A program made the translations under genes and the position numbers. Shown here piece after piece: positions 11,048 to 22,757 of a stretch of DNA of 64,000 bases. Source of the DNA: Mayamaea pseudoterrestris (taxonomy: Eukaryota). The stretch spans positions 2,728,001-2,792,000 of the forward strand of contig BROI01000001.1 in NCBI GenBank assembly GCA_027923505.1. Reading direction: 5' to 3'. Positions within the stretch are counted from its first letter, which is position 1. Each line of letters begins with the position of its first letter. The notes under the pieces were generated by a model. That model was given only the letters and a program-made list of their open reading frames with translations. It did not search any database and was not told the origin of the DNA.

Positions 11048-11931
11048 TTACTGACCAAAACCCCATTTCCTCTTCTTGCTGACCTTCACCGAGTTGCCAG
11101 GCGCCACGCCGAACGGTGCGAGAGCTGCAGCTTCTGGATTCGATTCACTCTCCCTCTTGACCCAGCTCGTTGCTTGCTTCAAGGCAGCCTTGGAAATGTA
11201 GTTAAAAATTGGTCCAGGCACCTTTCCAGTGAGTTTTATGTCGCATGCATAAAAAACACGCGTCACATCCGTCTTGCTGGGATGGTCTTCAAGGTGCCAA
11301 TGTCCAACAACGTCGTCAAAATCGCTCGTTTTGTCATAGTCCAACGTCCATGTGAGACTATCTTGTTTGGGGTAGTACCTGTGATCGTAATAGTTGGTGT
11401 ACTGCAAAGGCATGTAAAACAAAACGAAACAAAAGAAAGGGTCAGATAGCTGCACCATACGCAACAAAAGCATGTCGATGCTTGTCGAAACAACGAAAGA
11501 AATTTTTTCAGCCTTACCGAATAGCCTGGCATTACTCCAAGCACCATTTTCGTTTTGATGCAGACGCTTCCATCGTCCGTCTTGGCTTGGTAATAGTTCT
11601 TGCATTCATTTAGTTTTGGTACTTTGCTCTTGTAGGAGTTCAAATCAAGAATCTGGTTCCAAACGGCAGATTTGGGAGCCAAGACATCTTGAACGCAGAT
11701 TGCTCCACCCCCAACATCATCCTTCCCAGCATCCGACTGAATCATAATTGGATTTCCGCTCGCAAGATTGTCTTCGTCCTTTTTCGTCAGCTTGATGTTT
11801 CCAAAGGGACCTGGTTCGTATTGCTTCAAAACGCCTCGATGCGGATGAGGGACGTCATGGTTCTTTCGTGCCTGGCTGCAGCCGACTAGGAGCCACATAA
11901 ACGTAAATATCGATGACTCGTTCAGCTTCAT
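11048..11931 (-). CDS. Secreted or organellar START/SRPBCC (polyketide cyclase-like) protein; exons 11931-11518, 11401-11048
   Basis: Signal peptide. APKSAVWNQILD..Y..VPKL, LTWTLDY...GHWHL...TRVFY...VPGPIFNYISKAAL. Intron 11402-11517 fuses the two ORFs in frame. Confidence 0.78.
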
Positions 11932-12268
11932 TCTGTTAGCTTGATTCGATAGGAGATATAAAGCAGCAGTGAAGATTAACGCGAGTCTAAGGAGCCGACA
12001 GGAATGATTTTATGATCGACGATGGCCATCGTCGTCGAAAATCAGACCGTCATCATCGCGGCCAAGACCTCCTGACGTCAAGGTGTCGCAGCGTGTTTAA
12101 GATCGTTCTGGCGATTCGTCGCTTAAGTCTTTAGTACCGCTATGACAGCAAACTTCACGCGCGCCGCGATCATTGGCCCAAGAAACCGCTTGCGCAACAC
12201 CATGACGGATCTTCGTCTCGTGGAACTCAAACGAGCATATTTTCGGCAGGAAGCGAGGGGTTGTTAGC

Positions 12269-15200
12269 ATGGAGGAGCAATCTATTGCTTCAGGTGCAGA
12301 TCCTTTTGGATTTACGCGTATCAATTTAGGAAGAGTCAGTCAAATAGGTGCTACCTCATCCGCTAAAATGCTGCCCAGTCGTTCTAACGCTGCAAAGCTG
12401 AATACTAGCACTTTGTTCGGCAGGCCGCCTCTCAATCAACACCTAACTATGGCGACAATCCCTCATTCAGTCTCGCATTCCGAGGAGGATACAAACGATC
12501 ATCGTCAGCGTACATCCTCTCCAGCCTCGGCAGCGACGACACCGACGAGCAATGGAGGGACGCCACCATCCAACATGGCTGCCAGCATGCGACCCGTGAA
12601 CCTTACAAACCTTTCACCTCAGAATACTGCACTATCGCAATTAACTACTAGTCCAGAAGCCATTCGCCCGCATCCGGCTCGACGCATGACGACCGATTCT
12701 GCAGCGAACAGTCGATTCTCGCACACTGTGTTGAATCAAATGCAAACGCAGCTTCGAATGACGCAGACTGACCTGCTAAGCGCTCGAGACGAGAAACGGC
12801 AGCAGGAAAAAGAGTATAAACTACAGATTACAACTCTGCAGACCCAGCTACAGGAGTTGCAGTCGCAAGTCGGGACGACGCAAGCGCTCACGGCGAAGCA
12901 GAATCAACTCGAACAGCTCCAAGACGACCTTGATGCAAAAGCGCAAGAACTACAAAATCAGGAGCGAGTCTTGCAGGAGCGACAAAATCAAGAATGGGAA
13001 CGACTGCAAACTACCCTTGCGGAATTGGAAACTACGCAAGTACATGAGGAAGAGCGATTGCAGGGGTGGGCCGAGTCATTGCAGCAAGCGGAGCAAGAGT
13101 TACATCGCCAGCAGCATGCACAAGACAATCGCATGCAGCAAGAAGCCAGTAAATTAGACTCTATCCGAAAACGGCTTGCTAGTTGGGAGCAGCAATTGCA
13201 GGAGCAGGCGACAACGCTGGACGCTCGGCAGCAATCCGTCGCACGGCAGGAGCATGCCAACCGCGCCACAATGCAGCAAATCGAATTGGAGCGCGCCGAA
13301 ATTGAATCCACGTTGCATGAACTCGAACTCAAGAATAGTAGCATCGAGGCGAGATTTGAGCTAATGGAACAGGCTTTGCACGAAGCGACTCAGAAACGCA
13401 AAGTGGAGGAGGGCAAACTTGTCGACGCAATAGAGCGACGCGACCAAGCCATAAACCAAGCCGAAACCATTATGAGTGACTGCCAGCGCGTCAAGGAGTC
13501 ACTGGAATTGAAGAATCGATCTGCAGAAGAGGATTATGCCGCTCTACAAGATGAGATCGACGAAAAGACTAAGGAATTGGAAGCAATAAAGATTCGCATG
13601 AAAGATGCGTCGACGGAGGATGCGTTACGGCAGGAGCAGGCTAACATTCGGCTCCAAGAAGCTGATGAACAAGTGGAGCGCATACTTGAACAAGTGGAAG
13701 TTGCGACGCGGGAGAAAGATAGGCTATCGAAAAATGTCGCCGAGCTGCAGTCCAAGCATGAAGATGTTTTGCGCGTGATACAGCAAAGGCAAGACGATTG
13801 GGATCGTCAACACGCAGAGCTCACGAGCAAAGAGGAAGCACAGATTACTGAACTCCGAAAAGAGTTGGAACGGTGTCGATCTATGATTGTAGAAGAGCAG
13901 GCGGAGCTCGACCGGATGCGGCTACGTGCTGAAGCGGAATTGAGTGACATCTATTGTCAAGCTTCAAAAAAAGTTGCTGAAATGATAAGGTCAGCATCAA
14001 GAGCGAACGAAATGGTCAATGGAGAGCTAGAAGAAAAGAGTCACCAGCTCGAATCAATTCGTAGCATTCTCAAGGCGACGAGCCGCCAACACGAATCAGA
14101 CGTGGCGGTTCTAAATGGCGACAAAGCCCGATGTGACAATCTCATAAATGCCTTGAACGAAAAAATAGCTATTTTTGCGGCAGATGAGGGCCGCGAGAAA
14201 AGGTTGCGGGAGGAACTTGAGTGGGAAGTGGAGCGTCTGTCAACCATGCTACGACACGAACGAGAATCGATGCAGGAACGAATTGAAGCAGCGGATGAGG
14301 AGCTGGAAAGCGTTCGGCAAGAGCAGCGCGCTCAGCTTCGGTCCATCTCCGCCCAATTGGACGAAGCCGAATCTGCGCGCGACTCGCTACAAGAACAGCT
14401 TGATACTTGCCGCAGCTCTTTCGAGCGTGAGCGGGTCGACCATGCTGTTCAATTAGACTCTTTGGCAGCCACAGCTAAAACTTTGCGACAAGAGTTTGAC
14501 GTTGCCGTTGAAAACTTGCGTCTTGCGGAGGCCTCTGTAGTTGCACTTCCAAAGGATAAGAAGATGCTTGCCGAGAAACTTAAAGAAGCGGAGACGCGCG
14601 CGAACGGTTACAAGTTTGAAACTGCGCAACTCACTCAGACACTTGCTCGAATGACTAACGAACGGGACAAAATGGACAGTTTGATGAGGAACCTTGATGC
14701 GCAGTATTCACGAGCCGAGGAGAAGGAGCGTGCTCTCGAATTGGAGGTGAAACAAACACGAAAGCTTGGGGATGAGTATAAGACCTTACTTGAATCGCTT
14801 CAGAAACAGGTATGGAAATGCTTGCTTTTATGTGTACTACAATTTTCGATCTGCATTGCTCACATTCCTTTGCATTCTTTACTAAGGAGAGCGACTTGCA
14901 CGTAACGCGAGAAAGACTCCGGGAAGTCCGACAATGTCTTGATATCGAAATGGAACAGTTCGCTTCCATGCGGAAGAAGGAGGCATTGGTTCGTATCTTT
15001 GGCCGACATTTGCGACATGACCAAGAAGCTGTCAGCGCAGCTTTGTCGAAGTGGGTTCGATCCACTCTGTTTGATATCGACGAAGACGCTCGACAGCAAA
15101 TGGAGAGTGAACAGATACTCCATTTGACGCAGCAGCTTGAGACAGTCAACAAAACAAGTGAGCAACTTGCTGAGAGCGCTGCAACCGCTCTGGCCGAGCA

Positions 15201-15870
15201 GCAGAAATTGACAGTAAGCCACAAACGCCTTGAAGATGAATTGAATGCTAGCCAAGTTGCCGAGTCGACCGTGCGTCAGGAGCTAGCATCGGTCCATAAT
15301 GAATTAGTGTCTGTTCGTGAGAATATGAAAGCGCTCGAGGACGAGAAGTCGGACATGCTCGCCAAGCTTGAAGCTATAGCGAGTACTTCGTCGTCATCAA
15401 TTGCCATGGCCAAGAACGGCAATGGGAAGGACCATGATGATGTTGATGCGCGCTTGCGTCGAATGAAAATGTTGATATCTGAGCGCGAAGTTGAATTGCA
15501 AGAGAAGGACGACACCATTGGACAGCGAGAAACCATCCTAAAGCTCAAAGAGCGTCAGTTTGCGACACAGGTCGAAGAAACAGAAGCGCGTTTGAAGCAG
15601 GCGACGAATGTTCTTCGTCAAAAGGAGCTTGACCTTGAGTTTCACGAAACCCATTTGGCTTCAGAGCTGGCCAAGTGCAAAGATGCGCAGGCTCGACTCC
15701 AGAAACTTGCTCACAGTGTCCATGCTAAAGCACAAGAGCTGTCAAAAGATCAATCAGCACTGAAACTGCGTTTGACGGAATGTGATGAGCTTGAGAGCCG
15801 GCTAAATGATTGGCAAATGCGGCTGGAAAATATTCAGTCGACCGGGTTGACGAACGACACGAACGGATGA
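12269..15870 (+). CDS. Long coiled-coil protein; exons 12269-14809, 14887-15870
   Basis: Low-complexity S/T/P N-terminus, then ~1000 aa of E/Q/L/K/R heptads. Intron 14810-14886 joins QKQ-ESD in frame. Confidence 0.8.
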
Positions 15871-15976
15871 TAATCACAATTTTGAAACTTGATGGAAGTA
15901 ATAAAACTAAATAACATAGAACTAAAATTTGTGCCTATTGCCTATGCATACCGTTGGGTCCTCGACTCTCATTCGG

Positions 15977-16215
15977 TGACGTACCGGTAGCCAAGTGCCG
16001 CCATGAGTTCGATGTGATTGCCATTGATGAGCTTAAAGTTTGCTGGCCAAGTGTTTATTTTGTGTTGGAGCGGTACATGTAGAGTATTATCGTCCAAGTC
16101 TTACCGCGGCTGCCCTTGGAAGCACTGTGAAAGGGTGATACTTCGGTAGTCGGTGATATTAGTGTAACTCGTAGTGAGTGACTCAGCCGCATCGAACATA
16201 CGCACGTGACGCAAT
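15977..16215 (+). promoter_or_regulatory. Candidate bZIP/bHLH site cluster upstream of CRY-DASH
   Basis: TGACGT 15977, TGACTCA 16179, CACGTG 16203 overlapping TGACGCAAT 16207, all within ~280 bp of the ATG. Function is inferred. Confidence 0.35.
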
Positions 16216-16257
16216 ATTGATCATGTTGCCCTACTCTGCCGCTGCACTCCGTAGAAT

Positions 16258-17979
16258 ATGGTTCGACTCATGATATCCCTGTTGCTGTTTGCAGGGAGCA
16301 ATAGGTTTTCTAAGCGAATTGTCCGAGCCATGAGTGTCTCCTCTGCAGCGACGAGGCCGCAACGCCTCATTCTCCATTGGTTTCGTCACGGTGACCTTCG
16401 CGTGCACGACAATCCAGCCTTGGTGCACTCATGTAAACAAGCAGACCATATCATTCCTGTCTTTTGCTTTGACAGCAACATTTTTGGTGATTCTGTCAAG
16501 ACTCCTTCGGGAAGTCTCAAGTGCGGACCTCGACGAGCAAAGTTTGTCTTGGAAAGTGTCACAGACCTTCGAAAGCAACTCAAAGGATCGCTCGTCGTCG
16601 CCCATGGAAGGCCCGACCTTGTGTTCGGCAGCATTTTGACCGAGTTGAAGGATTCCAAAATGGAGATCTCGATTGTTTGTCAGGAGGAAGTTTTAAAAGA
16701 GGAGCGAGACGCTGTTCAGGCAGTTCAAAGTGTTCTCAAGCTACATCGGCCCAGAGCCAAGCTGCAACAAATCTGGGGATCAACCATGTATGAGCTTACG
16801 GATCTTCCATTCGACGAAAACCTTTCCAACATGCCAGATACCTTCACGCCTTTTCGAAACAAGGTAGAAAAGGCCTGCAAAATCCCAAAGCCACTTCCGA
16901 CGCCAAAGGTGCACTTTCCTTTGACCGACTCGGTCGAATACAAGGCTGTATTTGAGAAGCTCTCGTATCTTCCAACACTCACTGATTTGGGCTACACAGC
17001 AGAGCAAGTCGAGGAAGCCAACCATGACGATCCACGCGCCGTCATGGCTTTTTGTGGAGGCGAATCGGCAGCCTTGGCGCGCTTGAAGGAATACGTTTGG
17101 GACAAGGATTTGCTCAAAGACTATTTTGACACGCGCAACGGCATGCTCGGCGCCGACTACAGCAGCAAGTTTAGTCCCTGGCTGGCGCATGGTTGCTTGA
17201 GTGCGAGACGCATCGCTATGGAGTGCCACGACTACGAGCAGCAGCGCGTCGCCAACAAGTCCACCTACTGGATGATTTTTGAGCTGCTATGGAGGGACTT
17301 CTGCAAATTCTTTGCGCGCAAATATGGCGACGTTGTGTTTTATCCAGGTGGAACAGCGGGAAAAACGGACTACAAATGGAGCACGTACGAGAACAACTTC
17401 GATGCTTGGAAGGATGGGAAGACTGGCTATCCACTTGTAGACGCAAACATGCGAGAGCTTCGAGCGACAGGTTTCATGTCGAATCGTGGACGACAAAACG
17501 TTGCTTCGTACTTGTCAATCGACTTGAACTACGATTGGCGGCGTGGTGGGGATTTCTTTGAGACCTACCTACTTGACTACGACGTATACTCCAATTGGGT
17601 TAACTGGTGCGGAGCTGCCGGCATGATGGGTGGCCGCCTCAACCGTTTTAATATTGTCAAGCAGAGTAAAGATTACGACGTGAACGGAGACTACGTTCGA
17701 CATTGGCTGCCAGAGTTAAAAGATGTTCCCAAGCAATTCGTCCATGAGCCGTGGAAGATGACGCAATTTCAACAGATGGAGTCAAACTGCTTGCTAGGCG
17801 TGGCATATCCTAATCCGATCACCAAACCGTCGCTACCGCCTGATAGCTACCAAAGTCAGGGCAAGTCAAAAGGAGGCGACAGGAAACAAACAAGAAGTAC
17901 AAAGCCCAATACGGGTCGCAATCCACACCAGCGTTATGAAATGAAGAGTGTTCGCCAAGGGCGCTTTGACATGAAATAG
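16258..17979 (+). CDS. CRY-DASH: Cryptochrome DASH (photolyase/cryptochrome family)
   Basis: WFRHGDLRVHDNPAL, YFDTRNGMLGADYSSKFSPWLAHGCLS, STYWMIFELLWRDF, TGFMSNRGRQNVAS, LLDYDVYSNWVNW. N-terminal extension suggests organelle targeting. Confidence 0.95.
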   Translation: MVRLMISLLLFAGSNRFSKRIVRAMSVSSAATRPQRLILHWFRHGDLRVHDNPALVHSCKQADHIIPVFCFDSNIFGDSVKTPSGSLKCGPRRAKFVLESVTDLRKQLKGSLVVAHGRPDLVFGSILTELKDSKMEISIVCQEEVLKEERDAVQAVQSVLKLHRPRAKLQQIWGSTMYELTDLPFDENLSNMPDTFTPFRNKVEKACKIPKPLPTPKVHFPLTDSVEYKAVFEKLSYLPTLTDLGYTAEQVEEANHDDPRAVMAFCGGESAALARLKEYVWDKDLLKDYFDTRNGMLGADYSSKFSPWLAHGCLSARRIAMECHDYEQQRVANKSTYWMIFELLWRDFCKFFARKYGDVVFYPGGTAGKTDYKWSTYENNFDAWKDGKTGYPLVDANMRELRATGFMSNRGRQNVASYLSIDLNYDWRRGGDFFETYLLDYDVYSNWVNWCGAAGMMGGRLNRFNIVKQSKDYDVNGDYVRHWLPELKDVPKQFVHEPWKMTQFQQMESNCLLGVAYPNPITKPSLPPDSYQSQGKSKGGDRKQTRSTKPNTGRNPHQRYEMKSVRQGRFDMK

Positions 17980-18135
17980 CGAAACATGTGCTGGTTAATC
18001 TGATTCAGCGAGATACAGTATATGCATCAGTATTACTTTAGATTCTATGATTTTCACCATCGTGAATGGCCGTCCTAAGGATATACGTGTAGACACACTT
18101 AGTTTGTTGCTCGGCTGTAATCCTTCCACAGCTCT

Positions 18136-21100
18136 TCACCCCGCCTCACTCGCGAGAAGGAGCGGAAATGATTTTTTTAGACGTTTCGCCTGTTCTTCAT
18201 CCCGAATCAGAAAGATGTATGGTTTTTTGAAGATACTGGAGGCCAATAAGAGCGCACTCTTCTCCACCTTTGCGATCGGGTTGACATTGTCCTGCACGAC
18301 TGTTCCCACGAGATCGTTCTCAAAGCAGTGCGAGACGCCAATGATTACGTGCAACTCAGCACAGTCAATGGGCAGCACTCCGCTTCTTGTCACGGCGCCT
18401 AGTAAGTCGAACGCCTTCTTTTTCTCGTCGTCAATTGCTGCCCCGTTCAATCCTTCACTTTGCATCGGTGTAAGCAAGTTAGCCTGGCGACGTCGCGTCC
18501 AGTGAGGACCTGCCTTAATGACCGTGCATCGCAGCGCACCGTCCGTGTCGAAATCTTCAATCTTTCGGTCAAGTAATTTGGGAATGATCGTAAAGTCATC
18601 TCCGTCGGACCCTCCTTCTCGGCCGTCACCAAGTGGAGTGTACACGCTTTCCCCCTTTCTTTGGCCTTGCGCTGTAAAGGATTGTGGAGCCGCCTGGCGC
18701 TTAAACGCAGCAGCTGGCTGCGGCGCTGGGGGAGCCATGGCAATGCTACCAACCTTTGGAGAAGCATTGAAACGGGAACCGCCAACTTGTCTGACACGCC
18801 GTGCACCACGAGGTGGCGACTCATCGGGTGCCATGCATGTCTCCATCATACTGGTTGACATGCTTACACTCTGTTCGGTATAGCAGTCTGCACCGCTAAA
18901 GGTCACTACTTGGTCGTCGGCTTCTCCCGTAAAAGACATTTCCCCGCGCATATCAGCCTTGCGCGTTTCCTCCTTGAGCTGCTTCTCCTTCTCCGCATCA
19001 ATCACACTCATAATAGATTTGACATGTGCCTTGACAATCTCAAGTTTGCTTGCCTGATCAGTGTCGTCGCGTCCATCAAACGACATGAGGTCACTTGGAA
19101 TCTGATAGTCGACAAACAACGTCATAAGATCCTGTGTCAATTGGATTTCCTTCGTAAGCGATCCATTCGGCAAACCCAAGACTGCCTCGAGCTGCGGCTT
19201 CAACTGGATGACACACACGCCAAACACCGATGACGCGAGTTGCATGGTCCGGAACGACTCGGCAAACTCGCGCTGCTCGGGAGACAAGGAAGCAATCGAA
19301 TCACGGAACTCCTTTGCAGACGGCAAAGTCTCCGTCAAAAGAGGAATCAAGACTTCATCTTTGTTGGAAACAATGATGGCATCCTTAGGATCAAACTTGT
19401 TGGCGCCCATCATGGTTCCAGTCACCAGCAAAAAGGAAGAAAATTGACGCGCCCGCGCCGTAATTTGAAACTCTGGTTTTTTGACCGTCGTAAAGTGGTG
19501 TTGCATCCAGCCGTGGAGATACCGATCACCAGTCATTTCAATTGACGTTGCCGCATCAATTGACATGAAAATGGATGGAATGCTATCGCCACCAACAATG
19601 TGCCGCACCATGGTGGATATCGCCAGTGTCTTTTGCCTCGTCACTTCTATGCTAACAGTGCCGTCCGGGTCGTGGTTTGGTCGACGAATTGAGTAAACAA
19701 ACGGATTTGGTGCAAACTCTGATCCGAACAATTTCTGGTTGTGATACGCCATAAAGTTATCAAAGTCGGAAGACTTGATATCCTTTCCAATGGCTGTTGC
19801 GAGTTGCTGCTTGAGTAAATTTTCAATATAGTCTACGCCATCCTCATATGCCAGAGCAAGCTTTAACAAGTGCTCGCACATGACAACGATTGTGGCCTCG
19901 GCAATGGATAAAAGCTTGACAAGCTGCCGCGGCGGATATATTTTAGACAGTCCATCTATCGTTTCATCAATCGATCTACATTGCTCGGAGAGAAAGCTTC
20001 CAACCTCTTGCATTCCAAGTACTGATCCATCCTCGAACACGGGCGCAATAGGCACAAACATCCCATCGGAACTTACGGCCGACAAGGGTGGTCCAAACGA
20101 TGAGTCTGGAATAATGTTTTGGGGCTTGACAATGAGCAGCGCCGGCAATCCAGCGTTTTTATCTTGAGGTTCAACCTTGTAGCGCTGAGTCTCGTTTACC
20201 CATTCGACAATCGTCACCAGTTTGCCGTTAAAGGTTGGCTCCTGCTCCAACCCGATCAAAATGCCGCGACTCTTTGGTTCAAGCCGAGTATCATCGCCGC
20301 TGCTAGGATTGCGGTTAACTGGCGAGTGCTTCTTCGTAATGTCATGCTCCAGTCGACGACGAAAAAAGCCTTGCACCTTGCTCGTCCACGCAAACAATGC
20401 TTGGTGATATTGGACAGCCTCATTAACCTTATCATTGCGCCGCGGCGTCTTGCATGAATGTACCGTTCGATCAATCGCAAACTGACAAATCTGTTCGCTC
20501 GGATGAATCATCTTGACAAACCACGTCAAGTCCAACTCCAATGGAGAATGCAGTGTTTGCTCTGGAAGCGGTCGTACGCCCTTGTTTCCCTTGCCGGCAT
20601 GTGCTTGTCCGCCACTGGTGACAATCAATCCGGATGACGATCGCGACTGCAACTCCAGGATCTCGTCAGTTGTTGCTCCTACTCCAGCAATGAGTGATAG
20701 AGTATAGTCAAGTGAAACCTTCCAATGATACTCCTTGACTCGCGTCGTGACTTGCTGCTTGCGGATTGTCTCCTTGGAAGTGGAAGCACCTCCAAACAAG
20801 GAAGAACGAACTCCGTGATCCGAGCTTGCGTGCGAAGAGATTTCCGTCGTGCTGGTTCGAGACTCAATGAATGGCAAGTCAACGTCCTGCTCCTTGAACA
20901 AGACGCAGGAATCCTTGGCTTGGAATTTGATCTTGACAGTCTTCTTCTCTTCGTGAACCCATCGACAAAGCGTCTGCAGCTTTTCCGAATCCAAACCAAG
21001 TCGCTCCAATGCATTCATTTCCGCCGCAATGGCTGTATTTGCCAAGAATTCAGCCAAGGCAAACTTGTCGTCATATTTGTGGTCAGCGTCGTCCTCGGCC

Positions 21101-21351
21101 AGTCGAGGATGGCGCGTGTTTTCGAGAATCGACTGGAGCTGCTGAAGCGTCTGATTGACTGTCAGATTGAAAGATGAAAATTTGCATGAGAACATGTCAA
21201 ACTTGCAGTTCATGACCCGGCCAGCTTATCATTAAATCATCGCATTCGTTCCAGCATTAGCGTCAGCAGCAGCAAGCAGCAATCGTAATACTATTAATGT
21301 CTGCTTACCTTGCGCGCGAAAGCGCTGCTCGTGAAAGGGTGTATACTTCAT
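18136..21351 (-). CDS. Hypothetical ~1020-aa protein with an embedded SH3/KOW-like module; exons 21351-21309, 21158-18136
   Basis: Long ORF. Exon 1 MKYTPFHEQRFRAQ splices through intron 21159-21308 in frame to VNQTLQQ. Module GLEQEPTFNGKLVTIVEW...RYKV...IVKPQNI. Confidence 0.75.
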
Positions 21352-21901
21352 GGTCGCCTTTGTAGTTGTTGTTGTCGTTGCCTTGTTTCCTTCCAACCAT
21401 ATAGGATAGGAGCGTGGACCACCGAGTTTACGAAGCAACCGAGATCCGTTTCGTATGTTTCTGGGACAAAAGGATCACTCCATGTCGCACCGTTATTTCT
21501 ATCACAAAGATCCAAAGATTCGACATCGCTGCATCAAGGATCAACTGGCATGGCACGTCGAAATCCAGAAATGGATGAGTACGAAAAGCATGATACTCGT
21601 ATTTAACAGATATAGATGCGGTAACGACATGCATGGAGTAATTGTCAAAATGCTTCAATCGCGAGCACACGATTCGCAACAATTATATCGCCACAAAATG
21701 TGAGACTTGAGACTGACGCAGCGGCAGTATTATCACCATCACTCCAATCAAGCACCTTTCGTGAAACGGACAGTGAATTGACATGAATGAAAGGTTCCTC
21801 CTGTTTCTGATGAGATTAGATGTGTCCGTTTTCTTCCTTGGTGTGCGTTACGCAAAGGACGAACGACGCGACGACGCTCATCGCTCGGACTCAATCTTGC
21901 A

Positions 21902-22642
21902 ATGATGCTGTTGCAATATTCTTTGCTCGTTCTTATCATCCTAGTCTCTCGGCTCTTATCCTCGATGGCCATTATTCAATCGGGAAAGGAAGGAACGCCC
22001 ATTGCTTTTCATGTGGAGTCTGTCAAGGGTCTTCGACATGGACCGGCACTGATCCAGGTCAATGCTTGTTCGTGTAATAATGATTCTTTCGGCCGATGCA
22101 GCGAAAGCACGACCTTTACCAAAAGTGAACAATCCGACAACATAGAATTATGCATTCATATTGAATCTCAAATGCAAGGAATTGAACTCGTTAATATCAC
22201 GACCTTTACGTTGGAGCTGCGACGAACGGGCGCTGATCGTAAGGAAGCGATCGCTGCCATCGAGATAACAGCTAGCAGCTGTTTGGCGAATGTCTGTCGC
22301 GCTCGAGCAACAATGAATCTCGAAAACTTGACAAGCAACGAGCAGCCCATTCGTCTACTGGTAGCTGGATTTGTCTTGGTTCAAATTCGATCCGGCAGGG
22401 AGCGATTCTTGCGTGGAATACAAGAGTTGCAAACGGCGGAGTTTGCCGCCGATTGTCCCGTCGCCGCCACCGCCAGCAACAGCAAGGCGAACATTGACAG
22501 AGTTGAAGCGATGGATGGACTCAAGCTTGCTGTGATACTATTACTCATGGTGCTCATTGTCACTGGCGCCTGTTGCTGCGTCACTCGCAAGGCAGGAATC
22601 ACAAGACGACAATGCTTCCATTGTTTCACAGTCAGGTTGTGA
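21902..22642 (+). CDS. Type I membrane protein, Cys-containing ectodomain, unknown function
   Basis: Hydrophobic N-terminal signal, several Cys, RERFLR motif, C-terminal TM LAVILLLMVLIVTGACCCV. Confidence 0.7.
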   Translation: MMLLQYSLLVLIILVSRLLSSMAIIQSGKEGTPIAFHVESVKGLRHGPALIQVNACSCNNDSFGRCSESTTFTKSEQSDNIELCIHIESQMQGIELVNITTFTLELRRTGADRKEAIAAIEITASSCLANVCRARATMNLENLTSNEQPIRLLVAGFVLVQIRSGRERFLRGIQELQTAEFAADCPVAATASNSKANIDRVEAMDGLKLAVILLLMVLIVTGACCCVTRKAGITRRQCFHCFTVRL

Positions 22643-22757
22643 AGAAGCAACGAAGGTTCTTTTTCCTATATTTGATTATCAGTAACAAAAAAGATGAAAT
22701 GAATGGATTATTAACACATTGTCGTATGCTCTAGCGCTGTAGTGAGTGTCATCAAAA

